This document shows, piece by piece, positions 48,201 through 56,992 of a DNA stretch of 64,000 bases. The position numbers and the translations under genes were made by a program. The notes below the pieces were generated by a model that did no database searches, was not told the DNA's origin, and worked only from the letters and a program-made list of their open reading frames with translations. Position 1 is the stretch's first letter, and each line of letters begins with the position of its first letter. The stretch lies in sequence record PP695294.1; one strand, 5' to 3'.

Positions 48201-48973
48201 CTTGTCCCACCGTTAGCGTAACAGAGCATCCAATCGATCAACTCGCCTGGACTCAACGTTGTTTCCGGTGGAATGCTCGGTAAACGGTATTTTGCCGCTA
48301 ACGAATACGCACCGAACGTCGTGTTCTGGTAAGATAACGAATAACGACGACGCGACGCGTTATACGTGTAGCCGCCAGTACCGTCGTACGTCGCATACTG
48401 CTCGGATGTGATAAGCGTGACACCGGCGCGATATTGAAGGTCTAACGTGTTACGAGCAATCGGGTCAACGCGACTGATCGCTTCACCGAGCTTAGCACCA
48501 ACCGCAACAATGGCTTCCATCAACTCGGATTCGCCACGCCAGTTTTCCCAGTCGAACTTAATATCGACCGGTGGGAAATATAAATCCCCAATGACGTTAT
48601 CCCATTGGCAGTCCACGGGATAGCGATCTTTATTCGCTTCTCGTTCTGCGGCGATCATTTCTGCAGTGGCTTCACCGATGCCAATTGCGTGGTAATCGAG
48701 TGTAAAGCCACTCTGATATTTCGGGTTGGTAATCCACACGCCGCCGTGACAAACATGGCCAGTGCGTGCCATGCCCGTAACGTACGCATGGGTGATGACG
48801 TAATCATCACCTAATGTTAATTTCTTGCCGCCACTCTTGACCACCAGGGATGTGGTATAAAAGGGGGCGTGTGCGGGGAACAGCATCCGGTACTTAGTAC
48901 CGATCGGCGTTGCCGCTTCACCGGTCTGCATATTCCCCGGTTCTTGATAGTGCGGGTCAGGGACGACAGCCAT
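45260..48973 (-). CDS. Large gp131-like tail-fibre/virion protein (1237 aa)
   Basis: HAPFY..LTLGDDY N-domain; NPH, LSNVQN.PD..LP.S, HTHT fibre motifs. Confidence 0.8.
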   Translation of the reverse strand: MAVVPDPHYQEPGNMQTGEAATPIGTKYRMLFPAHAPFYTTSLVVKSGGKKLTLGDDYVITHAYVTGMARTGHVCHGGVWITNPKYQSGFTLDYHAIGIGEATAEMIAAEREANKDRYPVDCQWDNVIGDLYFPPVDIKFDWENWRGESELMEAIVAVGAKLGEAISRVDPIARNTLDLQYRAGVTLITSEQYATYDGTGGYTYNASRRRYSLSYQNTTFGAYSLAAKYRLPSIPPETTLSPGELIDWMLCYANGGTSILRLQLKQRAIYLTLTTAIGSGSSNYSYTLTTGLTDTELAGDIELSVVRREGNGVYDITVKTSKQTVNYSFNVDNPPSEFAPGYQKTDVAKWLKFKSDVNLNWWAGENDYVQIRSLPGAPAPDVNNDVYQLLVKYHQIVDKLYRDAPAHTHVPRKDNPHRDSWGAIRALENNGIASDATLVYGKTQPQLTDYVNNLLPKLSTLANKLLRLPTAAQSINGTFGMKPGLTSITSAVGTDESEGVGAQFTVDPRVIRFIGRDSQTVNAGNNPITWQSGANQLILYPDSRGLEFNGKKLLDPTTVGPYLPGNESGGDGLFYGTSTATVTINGNGIQSVPFICTFVPPESDDLGLMAVRLLATEFGDREDLAATPALIKKLDQQFTGKLVAVKSYINDMPLTSSIYIDKTNFGLSNVQNIPDVQLPISPLQQAELDKYAVVGHTHTSAAFGIKRAATTEFGLVQFGTAVDDATLALDGGEVIRQADAITEIEKVAKTVDSGASINIIRYGLPGTDIIENGITYTDWMVTIKANDYFVGREYKVPLSTFNLAELFPATHEDAEFGVYVDAAGDDGKYIIYENPNTAETETMTKIGSIVTSETGVVFVEIRNVTRLGEFRELGEHIEDDNAHIRRGMTQADFGFTYGTGGPVWSTGAPGTKRIDADWRYAQASSYTPMLKADYDPAADKWTFKTTSLSVTDYRFVHNTFPMFQNNGITATWTPLTATADSVLETVIGCCHHSATFMHRISVLVARTAGRITTPGGVSTYAGIAVNYGRAAQVVIGLNGVTGSGHDWTALNPSVRFSHTRTADGISFVGTINIDSKTINFELTLTATTKTLKYTLQSTGESWTEDLSTRLRPDYIDLTKLITDPSTPIYHGVGGLFSSDTEARLTYANLNSMPMKNRYYATFLDYAINYSGLNRARFFTGVVDAGSTINEMNSAMCNYSYSSFRPVDTGKIPPAAHPSKMMTFNPKNTSARTLIIRD

Positions 48974-49004
48974 TTTACACTCCTTTTCTCTGAGGGCGTC
49001 GAGT

Positions 49005-49015
49005 TCATACTATGA
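49005..49015. promoter_or_regulatory. Back-to-back TATG (late-type) promoter elements between divergent virion genes
   Basis: TCATA-C-TATGA gives TATG on both strands; TATG is the phiKZ late promoter core. Confidence 0.45.
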
Positions 49016-49040
49016 CCCGAATCCTTAGAGGAAACAGCCA

Positions 49041-50303
49041 GTGACTACTGCTTATCAAGTGCGGGCCGACAGCGCTTTTGGCTTCTCTCGAGACACCCGA
49101 ACTTGGGGAACCATCGATGTCACGCAGCCCTTAAATACCCTTTGTGCTAACTACCACTTTTTCGAAGTAGGACTAGAAGCACTAGGTGCTGAATATACCT
49201 TCTATAGCCAGTATCACCTGGCTGATTTACAAAACCGTACGGACACGTTGCAAGATTGGTTAAACACCAAGTCAGGAATCGCGATTCCAACGCTTGGGAA
49301 GGGCCTACCGAAGCTCGAATTCGTTGAGGCACATTACCAGTCTATTAATGCAGATGTGCCCGTGGAAACGCACCTGTGCCCTCCTGGGTACCACTACACC
49401 CAGGACTTCAATCCTGATGATGCACACGACGTTGTTGTAGTCTGCGACGATGAGTGGAAAGAGAAATACCGTACTGGGGTACTGTACAACATCAACGGTC
49501 AATGGGTACCGCATCAATCTGACCCAGTGGGTGTTCGCTTAACCGGCGCTGGTAACATCGTGCGGAGAGCCAACACACCCGACATCGGCTGTCTAGTGAT
49601 GGCGAATATTGGTAAAGTGAAGACTTACCCCATATCTGGTTTAACGATGAACAAACTCGATACTACGCGAGATTACTATTCTTCGTTAATGTTGACCTTA
49701 CCCGATTCCATTACAGGGAAAACCGTTGGGTTCGTCATCGGGGGTATTCTGCATTGGTTGCCACCGCAGGGCTATTTCAGCGACCGTGCGATTATGCTGA
49801 GTCTGCCAAACCTTAGCGTGGCGAAGATTGTATTGGAAACCCGTCGCTATTACGATTGGGACGCCATCGGTGTAGGTGATTTAAGTACGCCTACGTCCGT
49901 TCAACGTATTCGTAACTCAGAAACGTTAAAAGCGTTGCTGACGCACGAATCCTCGTTTATCTTTACGATAGACAACCCGTATCTCGAAAAAGAGATTCAC
50001 GGAATAAGCCACAACGCTATCTGGGGTCGGTTCTATTTAAAAGACCCGACTGACCCAGATGGGAAGAAGACGCTAGGTCCTATCTTTAACCGTATTGGTA
50101 AATGTGTAGGGTACTGGCCGACCTGGGAAGAAGGGGAGTGGGTCTTTAATACCGCATTCTTCGACCGGGAAAACTTTTTGTTGGGGAACGCGCGTTGGTA
50201 TAACCAGAATTTGGTAAACGACGCGCAGGCAATCGTCGGGCCTTTCGGGGCTTGGGGTAAGCCGTTTGTTGAAATGCATCGCTACAAAGCAAGAAAAAAA
50301 TAA
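49041..50303 (+). CDS. Virion structural protein (putative)
   Basis: 420 aa with GAGG RBS before GTG; divergent from the fibre operon. Confidence 0.7.
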   Translation: MTTAYQVRADSAFGFSRDTRTWGTIDVTQPLNTLCANYHFFEVGLEALGAEYTFYSQYHLADLQNRTDTLQDWLNTKSGIAIPTLGKGLPKLEFVEAHYQSINADVPVETHLCPPGYHYTQDFNPDDAHDVVVVCDDEWKEKYRTGVLYNINGQWVPHQSDPVGVRLTGAGNIVRRANTPDIGCLVMANIGKVKTYPISGLTMNKLDTTRDYYSSLMLTLPDSITGKTVGFVIGGILHWLPPQGYFSDRAIMLSLPNLSVAKIVLETRRYYDWDAIGVGDLSTPTSVQRIRNSETLKALLTHESSFIFTIDNPYLEKEIHGISHNAIWGRFYLKDPTDPDGKKTLGPIFNRIGKCVGYWPTWEEGEWVFNTAFFDRENFLLGNARWYNQNLVNDAQAIVGPFGAWGKPFVEMHRYKARKK

Positions 50304-50310
50304 AAGGTAA

Positions 50311-50350
50311 ACCCTACTCCCAATGGGAGTAGGGTACCTATATCTTTTTT
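50311..50350. terminator. Bidirectional intrinsic terminator
   Basis: ACCCTACTCCC-AAT-GGGAGTAGGGT between convergent genes, flanked by A/T tracts. Confidence 0.8.
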
Positions 50351-50363
50351 GCCTGCAGGCCGA

Positions 50364-50573
50364 TTACGCGTTTACGTAATAGATGGCGTTGCCGAACATT
50401 TTGTTGTTGCCGCCACAAGCGGTAACTTTAAATGCTACGCCGCCTTCAGCTTCGGCTTTCTTAGCCAGCGCTTCGGTAACTTCGGTAACGGTGCTCAGTC
50501 CAGAAACCTGAACGGTGCCTGCTTCTACCAGACCAGAAACGTCGCTGCCTGCGGTGATTTCACGAATGCTCAT
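50364..50573 (-). CDS. YdgH/BhsA/McbA-like (DUF1471) protein lacking a signal peptide
   Basis: GTVQVSG..EALAKKAEAEGGVAFKVTACGGNNKMFGNAIYY pattern; GGAG RBS. Confidence 0.7.
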   Translation of the reverse strand: MSIREITAGSDVSGLVEAGTVQVSGLSTVTEVTEALAKKAEAEGGVAFKVTACGGNNKMFGNAIYYVNA

Positions 50574-50781
50574 TTACTTATCTCCATTAACAAATGATAG
50601 CAGAAGAACCCTATGTTCAACTACTTGTACTTCGAGGCATATTAACTGCCCCGTCTCGTAAATTAGTTGACAATAAACCGGCTTTTGTGCGAAAAAAGTG
50701 GCTAACCGTGTACAAGCGATTTGGGTTATCGTTACAGTTAGGAGGTTTATTGCCACAATATACAGCTCACACGTAATTAAA

Positions 50782-51714
50782 TTAGTGCGGTGTACTGGTG
50801 TCGTTGCCCGGACCATGGCCAGTATGCAAGTGAAGACTAAAGGTGATGCCGCCGATAACCGATTCGGTAACTGTGAATGTACCCTTACCTTCACCCTTGC
50901 CATTATAGAGGAAATCCTTACCTACTTCCAGGTTACCGGTAAATAGATTCGTTGGGCATGTGGTCTTCCAGTCTTCAGTCGTCCATGCCATGTTTTTCGA
51001 CGCTGTAGAGTTGCGAGTTTCGCACTTCTCGTTAATCGTCTTTGTCTCGAGATTAATAGAACGTTTAGCATAAATGAAAGCGTCCTCTTTATTGATATTA
51101 ATCTTCGACCGGCAGGCGTTTTCAAACCCTAAGTCATCCTCTGGAGAGTTGAGGTAGAACTTACGCCCTTCGTCATCTACTAACTGGAAAAACCCATCAC
51201 GGGTATTCAGCTGGAGCAAATACGCATTTTTCTCACCGTTAGTCATACTGGTACGTAAAGTAACGTGACCATCCATCGGGGAGATATTCAGTACGTAGGC
51301 GTTAGAGAGGTCATCGGCCATCTGGTTTACTGGGTCAGCAGACCAGGCGTATACCCCATCTTCCAGTCGCTTAACGTTACTGTTGTTTAAATCTTCCCAG
51401 AAGTACATATCGGTTTCACCGATACGCCAGATTCTTACGTAGTCTTCTTTTTTCACATCCGGAGGGTTAACCCGGTTGCTGTTGGACTTCATCCATTTTG
51501 CAGTGATGGCATTACCTTGCTTTACAGTAAGGTTGTCAGTACCACTTAAACTGTTGTGTTGCTTCTCTACAGGTGTCTCTGTTGCATCGACAGCTGTAGG
51601 ATTAATAAAGTTAACTTCGATAGGGATGACTTTAACTCGAGTGGCACCACGAGGTTTATCTTCCGCGACGATACCTATCGAGAAGATGTGCAACCCTGAC
51701 TTAGATTTATTCAT
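50782..51714 (-). CDS. Baseplate central spike (gpV/gp5-like) protein
   Basis: N-terminal IGIVAED OB-like start, beta-rich body, C-terminal HLH (HxH) metal-binding apex. Confidence 0.75.
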   Translation of the reverse strand: MNKSKSGLHIFSIGIVAEDKPRGATRVKVIPIEVNFINPTAVDATETPVEKQHNSLSGTDNLTVKQGNAITAKWMKSNSNRVNPPDVKKEDYVRIWRIGETDMYFWEDLNNSNVKRLEDGVYAWSADPVNQMADDLSNAYVLNISPMDGHVTLRTSMTNGEKNAYLLQLNTRDGFFQLVDDEGRKFYLNSPEDDLGFENACRSKININKEDAFIYAKRSINLETKTINEKCETRNSTASKNMAWTTEDWKTTCPTNLFTGNLEVGKDFLYNGKGEGKGTFTVTESVIGGITFSLHLHTGHGPGNDTSTPH

Positions 51715-51898
51715 ACCACCCTCCTCTCATACTACACTTTTTTACGTTTCGATCTCATCGTTTGACAATCGAGGAGAGTACGGGGGTAAGGGGGTTTATG
51801 TATTGGATGCGAACATAAACGGAGGTATCCGTAGGATACCGACATCCTTTTGTTTTGTAGTTGACCTTGACTTTTAACCTAACGAGGAGTGCAGTACC

Positions 51899-52216
51899 AT
51901 GTCTTTATTTCAAACCATTAAAAGTGCATTAGAGCGTAATGATGCAGACAGTGCCTTTACTGCGTTACAGAAAGCCAGTAACGGGAAGCTAGACAGCGTC
52001 TTTGCTAACAATCAAAGAATGCGCTTTTACAAAGTCGGGGAAGTAGACCAATTCTACGACGAACTGTTTACGGGGGTAGTGCAAAGCGCGGTATACGTCA
52101 TGCCGACTGAACAACTAAGTCGGTTTGAAAAAGGGATGCGTTACCAGCGGTTAAGTAACGACTACGCATTACTGAATCTGGCTATCGATGACTGCATCGT
52201 ACTGGTCGTATACTAA
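51899..52216 (+). CDS. Hypothetical protein
   Basis: 105 aa with GAGGAG RBS. Confidence 0.8.
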   Translation: MSLFQTIKSALERNDADSAFTALQKASNGKLDSVFANNQRMRFYKVGEVDQFYDELFTGVVQSAVYVMPTEQLSRFEKGMRYQRLSNDYALLNLAIDDCIVLVVY

Positions 52217-52223
52217 GTTTTTA

Positions 52224-52246
52224 CAGATAGATGTCATCTTAGTGAG
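52224..52246 (+). promoter_or_regulatory. Putative phage promoter motif
   Basis: CAGATAGATGTCATCTTAGTGAG, matches 520 and 57813. Confidence 0.6.
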
Positions 52247-52337
52247 CATTGTGTATAAACCCACAGTCGCTTAAACACCAACTGTTCTTTAGTAACAGTT
52301 TTTGGTCACTTTAGTGTACTTTAAAAGGAAATACCAA

Positions 52338-53576
52338 ATGTATAACGAATACAAACACGTTTACCAGACACCGAAAGAAGCATTCTTTAATGCAGTAATT
52401 ACTAACTCAATTGTACTGTTGGGGATACCGTTCAGTATTCGGAGTCTGGCTTACAGCGATGTAACATGGCAGGATTGTGCGTACCTGCCACAAAAGCTCT
52501 CAACCGTTGTCGAAAAGCGGCTGCTTGACAAAGGGGAAGTAAAGTGCCGTTTAGGCCACCACGTCTCTGACTTAGCGCCGTGGGTTGAGTTAACCATGAC
52601 ATTCGAAGGGGATTCGCGGGTAGCTTACCTATCGGGTAATCAAAACATCGGACGCGCCATTGCTGAGGGTAACACAATGTGGGTGCACTACATTCTTACT
52701 CTGCTGACCGGTAAACCGGTGTTCGAGTTAACACCTGACATGCCGGCACTAAGCGATAGCAACTGGTGGACTGGCGGAGAGCTGAATACAGGGTTTAATG
52801 AGAAATTACAAAACTTTAATTCAGAGCGACTCGATGTTGATGCGGAGGTGTTGGTGCAGCAGTTCCCCGAATTCACTGCGTACCAAATTACTACCGTATG
52901 GAATAGAGCGGTAAGCAAGCGCAGATTCTACACGAAAAACGCACCGCGTGAAGCAGCCAAACCTGTGGAAATTGACGAAGACACCAAAGAAGCACTGCGT
53001 GATCTAGTCACCATAGCCAATGATGGCAATACGATGTTCTGGACATCTGATGAAAACGCTAACCATTATTTCGGTGAGATGTTAGACGCCGATGTTTGGT
53101 CAGTAATGCCGATAGCAGAGCCCGGAAACCTTAAAGATTACCATAAGGTCGAAAAAGGCGATGTGGTTAATGAGAAGGTCGTCACCCTTCTTAACGTTTT
53201 CCGCGAAGTTATCCAATCGGAAATACTGTTAAGCATCTATAAGCGTAAGACCCCGGCCAGTGAAAATGACACGGCCTGGGTGTTTGACTGTCGACCGACA
53301 AATACAATATCGCCTGCGTTCTGGATACAGGTGTCAGGAACGCTGCAGCGTGTGAACAGTTCCGTTGTTTCTCGCCTGCCAGATTCTGAAATGCGCTCCG
53401 TTGCCGAACCTGCTTATTTGATGTCGGCGAAGGCGGTACGGGATGCGTGGGGTACCAGCGAACTGAAACAGTGGCATTACGACGCTATCATCAAATGGGG
53501 TGTTAACAATGGCTGGAAAGAAGTGACTAAGTACGGCCGTCAACTGTTGTTTGTCGCTGATTTGCGTTTACTGTAA
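52338..53576 (+). CDS. Hypothetical protein
   Basis: 412 aa from ATG 52338 with AAGGA RBS. Confidence 0.8.
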   Translation: MYNEYKHVYQTPKEAFFNAVITNSIVLLGIPFSIRSLAYSDVTWQDCAYLPQKLSTVVEKRLLDKGEVKCRLGHHVSDLAPWVELTMTFEGDSRVAYLSGNQNIGRAIAEGNTMWVHYILTLLTGKPVFELTPDMPALSDSNWWTGGELNTGFNEKLQNFNSERLDVDAEVLVQQFPEFTAYQITTVWNRAVSKRRFYTKNAPREAAKPVEIDEDTKEALRDLVTIANDGNTMFWTSDENANHYFGEMLDADVWSVMPIAEPGNLKDYHKVEKGDVVNEKVVTLLNVFREVIQSEILLSIYKRKTPASENDTAWVFDCRPTNTISPAFWIQVSGTLQRVNSSVVSRLPDSEMRSVAEPAYLMSAKAVRDAWGTSELKQWHYDAIIKWGVNNGWKEVTKYGRQLLFVADLRLL

Positions 53577-53586
53577 TCTCGTCATC

Positions 53587-53615
53587 GGGGGTCTTGTACC
53601 CCCTTCTTATTTTTT
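53587..53615 (+). terminator. Intrinsic terminator
   Basis: GGGGGT-CTTGT-ACCCCC plus T tract. Confidence 0.65.
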
Positions 53616-53636
53616 AACCGTAAAGAGTATTTAACC

Positions 53637-54218
53637 ATGCCACAACCAATTATTGAACAACATGAAATGAACTACGAAGAACTGACCCGCCGCTATCGCG
53701 TGAAAGCCCCACGGGTAGTAGAAGGTTGCGAGAAATACAAAGAAGCAGACTTCGTGGTATTCCAACGCGAAGGTGTTCCGATGATGGTGTTCGTAAAACA
53801 CGTCACCACCGATAACGACGCCCGTCTAGTGATGTTGTATAACGTGATGGCTACCGTACTAGATACCGATATTGGACTGCTACGTCGTTATAAATCATCC
53901 TACGAACAGAAAGCAAAGGTGGTTGCTTTTGACTTACCACGCACGGTACTAGTAGATGGTTCCCGTCCGGCTATTCTTCGTTTTACGAAAAGCGAAGGCG
54001 ACAGTAACCCAGCGCATATTGTTCAGCCACTAACGCTGTCGCAAGATACGTTACAGCAGAACGGCGGGATGGATTGGCTAAACGTCATGTTACCGGGCCT
54101 AGCTGAAGGTCAGGAACTGCATCTGGTTTGCTACACCCCATCCGTCGAGCACACCTATGCGCGTTACCTTACCGAAGAACACGGTTTCCGTAACCACCGC
54201 GGTATTTACATTGCGTAA
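53637..54218 (+). CDS. Hypothetical protein
   Basis: 193-aa ORF. Confidence 0.8.
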   Translation: MPQPIIEQHEMNYEELTRRYRVKAPRVVEGCEKYKEADFVVFQREGVPMMVFVKHVTTDNDARLVMLYNVMATVLDTDIGLLRRYKSSYEQKAKVVAFDLPRTVLVDGSRPAILRFTKSEGDSNPAHIVQPLTLSQDTLQQNGGMDWLNVMLPGLAEGQELHLVCYTPSVEHTYARYLTEEHGFRNHRGIYIA

Positions 54219-54227
54219 GGTGAGTGT

Positions 54228-54791
54228 ATGTTCCGTTTACTAGAAATTCGAAACGATATCTGGCAAGAGCACATCCGCAACGATCCGGAGTGGGAAGGAG
54301 TTGAAAGTGATTTACCGGATAACCCCGACCAGCTGCTGGTGTTCCTTTATAGCGATAAGGCCAAACAGATCAAGGGGATATTTGAACGTAAAACGACAAG
54401 CTTGTCGACCTTACTGAGCTGCATTTGCTGCGGCGTCAGTGAGCTTGATCCCAATCTATTCACCAACTATCTTGCGCGTAAAGTCCGTACACCGCTACTG
54501 GAGGTTACACTCCCGCCAGATATTCGTATCAGTAAAACCGTACCGACAGTTTTGCGTTTACAGGACGTGTCTGGTAGTAGCGACGACGGGGAAACAACGA
54601 TTACTCTTTCCTCGTCAGAGAGTGAACTCGCAACCGAATCGTTTCTTAGCGAAGTCGAGGCCGGATTAAAGCAGGACGTAATCGTCTATAATCTCGGCGG
54701 TGTGCCCATTGAGCCCATTTTACACTTCTTTGAAAGCCAAACCTGCCATCTCGTAGAAAGCTTAACATACCACTTTAAAGGAGCTTTATGA
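54228..54791 (+). CDS. Hypothetical protein
   Basis: 187-aa ORF coupled to its neighbours. Confidence 0.8.
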   Translation: MFRLLEIRNDIWQEHIRNDPEWEGVESDLPDNPDQLLVFLYSDKAKQIKGIFERKTTSLSTLLSCICCGVSELDPNLFTNYLARKVRTPLLEVTLPPDIRISKTVPTVLRLQDVSGSSDDGETTITLSSSESELATESFLSEVEAGLKQDVIVYNLGGVPIEPILHFFESQTCHLVESLTYHFKGAL

Positions 54792-55318
54792 TGAAACTCG
54801 AAGGCTACGTTGTTACTGATAAACCTTTTGCTGAAGCCAACCTGTCGCGTTCACAGGTTGTTTATAAAGACATCGATGTGCCTGCCGAAATCGTTAAAGC
54901 GAATCCCAGCTGGCTAATCAACCACGTTTCTTTGGAAATCACCAATCCGTTTATCAACGATCCAACCGACCCATTTGTCGACATGGGTAATTTCCGCGAT
55001 ATTCTTTCCCCGCATCAATACCAGACAGTGGCACAGAAGAAAGGGAAGCTGCTCACTGAAACGAATGAGTGGGAGCGTATCCAAGAGCGTCATCCTGAAA
55101 AGGGTTTGATGGAAATTTATCACCAACACCCTAAAGAGTTTGACAAATTACCTCTGTGGGCATCGGTGGCGTATAACTGCAGTGGGATATATGACCATCT
55201 GTTGCTGAGCGGATACGATGGCGCAATACACGCAGCCGAAGGCCCGCACACGCCGGTAACTGTTTATCACACATTTCACCCAGCGCGCATCACTTTCATC
55301 GAAACGTTGAGTGTGTAG
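54788..55318 (+). CDS. Possible ADP-ribosyltransferase-like (ART-PolyVal-type) domain protein
   Basis: V.LEITNPF ... LLLSGYDGAIH ... VYHTFHPARI pattern. Confidence 0.45.
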   Translation: MMKLEGYVVTDKPFAEANLSRSQVVYKDIDVPAEIVKANPSWLINHVSLEITNPFINDPTDPFVDMGNFRDILSPHQYQTVAQKKGKLLTETNEWERIQERHPEKGLMEIYHQHPKEFDKLPLWASVAYNCSGIYDHLLLSGYDGAIHAAEGPHTPVTVYHTFHPARITFIETLSV

Positions 55319-55323
55319 TTTAT

Positions 55324-55364
55324 CTCCAGTAACCACGAGGGTTACTGGAGTCCTCTTATTTTTT
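55324..55364 (+). terminator. Intrinsic terminator
   Basis: CTCCAGTAACC/GGTTACTGGAG 11-bp stem plus T tract. Confidence 0.75.
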
Positions 55365-55397
55365 ACACTTAACTCAAATTAATTTGAGGTGTGGTAT

Positions 55398-55985
55398 ATG
55401 ACAGAACGTATTTTACGACTGCAAGAGAACAGGTTAGAAGACCTGCACGTAATGCGTAGTCGTGGCTTGTTCCCAGTGGGGCTTGACGTAAGTGGGTTAA
55501 TAACTTCTGCGCAGCACGGGGACAAGGTCATTACAATGCATTCACGTGGGAACGAAGTGGTCTCTGCGATTTTCATCGATAAGGTTATTCCGGACTCGGA
55601 AAGTGGTAAGGTGGCGGGACACATCATTTACGAATACTTTCGCAGCATTCTATACGAGGAAAAGATAAACGTCAAAACTTTTATGGAATACGCTAAGCGA
55701 AATAACTACATCGATGCGCGGCTGATGGTCACGGAAGGCACTCCAACTATAAACGGTAAAGTCCACCATCGTTTACTTGGAGCACAGTTGCCGAGACTAG
55801 GCGAGATACCAACGACGATAGAGCTGCACCAAAAAACAGATTGGCGACACAAAATCGAAGTGCTTCACAAGCTTTACGATTTATCGATCGTTCAAATCAA
55901 ACTGGTGGACTTCACGCCTGCAAATATGCAAATCGCTAAGCGTGCATTGGGTTTTCGTATTCTTAACACAACGTTCACATTGTAA
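55398..55985 (+). CDS. Hypothetical protein
   Basis: GAGG RBS before ATG 55398; 195 aa. Confidence 0.8.
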   Translation: MTERILRLQENRLEDLHVMRSRGLFPVGLDVSGLITSAQHGDKVITMHSRGNEVVSAIFIDKVIPDSESGKVAGHIIYEYFRSILYEEKINVKTFMEYAKRNNYIDARLMVTEGTPTINGKVHHRLLGAQLPRLGEIPTTIELHQKTDWRHKIEVLHKLYDLSIVQIKLVDFTPANMQIAKRALGFRILNTTFTL

Positions 55986-55992
55986 AATATCT

Positions 55993-56032
55993 CAGATATA
56001 TATTACCTAGGTGAGAGTTAAGAGATTAACTC
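55993..56032 (+). promoter_or_regulatory. Putative early promoter with TATATTAC core and downstream hairpin
   Basis: CAGATATATATTACCTAGGTGAGAGTTAA, near-identical to 4288; GAGTTAA-gaga-TTAACTC stem. Confidence 0.7.
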
Positions 56033-56036
56033 AACT

Positions 56037-56065
56037 GGCTACCCTCGGGTAGCCTATTCTTTTTT
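56037..56065 (+). terminator. Intrinsic terminator-like hairpin
   Basis: GGCTACC-CTCG-GGTAGCC-TATTCTTTTTT. Confidence 0.7.
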
Positions 56066-56090
56066 AAACCAATCGACTATAGAGTAAAAC

Positions 56091-56492
56091 ATGACTATCA
56101 AGAAGTTCTTACAAGCAGTAGTAGTTCTGGCCGCATGTGGTATCGCAGCAACTTATGCTTTCGATAAGCCAGACGTGACTGAATACACATCAGCTGATTC
56201 GGATTATGGCATTGCACCGAATGAAAAACCGGAACTGATGCGTGAGGTCGAACAGTTACAAATCTACAGACTGACGGACGGTAAGAACTGCACAGGGCTG
56301 GTTATCGCTGATAAGAAATTGAAAATGTATCAGCGGTTAATCGACATATCGTGCAATCAACCAAAAGTCACCTCGGTCAGTGTATCGCCACTGGAATTAC
56401 CGAATTTGGTTGCTGTGAGCTTTTATCACAACGATGTGCTCGTCGGTCGCATCACCCTCAATCGTGGAGATATCAAAAATGAAATGCAATAA
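56091..56492 (+). CDS. Secreted/periplasmic protein, Cys-pair family member 1
   Basis: N-terminal signal peptide; KNCTG..ISC. Confidence 0.75.
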   Translation: MTIKKFLQAVVVLAACGIAATYAFDKPDVTEYTSADSDYGIAPNEKPELMREVEQLQIYRLTDGKNCTGLVIADKKLKMYQRLIDISCNQPKVTSVSVSPLELPNLVAVSFYHNDVLVGRITLNRGDIKNEMQ

Positions 56493-56970
56493 CGTTAATC
56501 GCCACTTGGCCAAAGTGGTGCTTTTTACTGTGCTGTTGATGTCAGTTGTTGTTGGGCTACGGATTTCTAAGGCACGCGCTGACGAATTCAGCGGGTTCCA
56601 GGGCAGTATTAACGGCAGCATTCCAGCATATACCCGCACCATCAATCTTAATGATAAGCCGTTCTGGTGCAATGCGCGTAAGCTGCTTAAGAAACAGTGT
56701 CGTGTAGTTGACATATCCTTCAACGGTCGTGTCGCTATCGTACACCGTCCTGGCGATAAAGATTGCCCAGGTGGTTGGTGGGGTGCAGTCGACCGTCACA
56801 ATGGTGACGCGTTATGGCTTATCCCTAATCGTGATGAACTATCAGTGGAGAAAATTTGCAGCAAAGATTTCAGGGCCGGTTTTGTACAGCGACCGGATAC
56901 CAAAACTCTGGCCTCCATCGCTATGTACTACGGTATGGAAACCATCAAAACAATCGACTATTCAGAATAA
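56479..56970 (+). CDS. Secreted/membrane-anchored protein, Cys-pair family member 2
   Basis: GGAG RBS before ATG 56479; hydrophobic leader ending ARA; PFWC..C..DCPGGW..IC. Confidence 0.75.
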   Translation: MKCNNVNRHLAKVVLFTVLLMSVVVGLRISKARADEFSGFQGSINGSIPAYTRTINLNDKPFWCNARKLLKKQCRVVDISFNGRVAIVHRPGDKDCPGGWWGAVDRHNGDALWLIPNRDELSVEKICSKDFRAGFVQRPDTKTLASIAMYYGMETIKTIDYSE

Positions 56971-56992
56971 CTCAAAAAATTGAGGTACTATT

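Noticed and set aside
50574-50946. ORFs 50594..50776 (+), 50574..50903 (-) and 50698..50946 (+)
   Set aside because: Mutually conflicting, weak RBSs and no recognisable motifs; left uncalled
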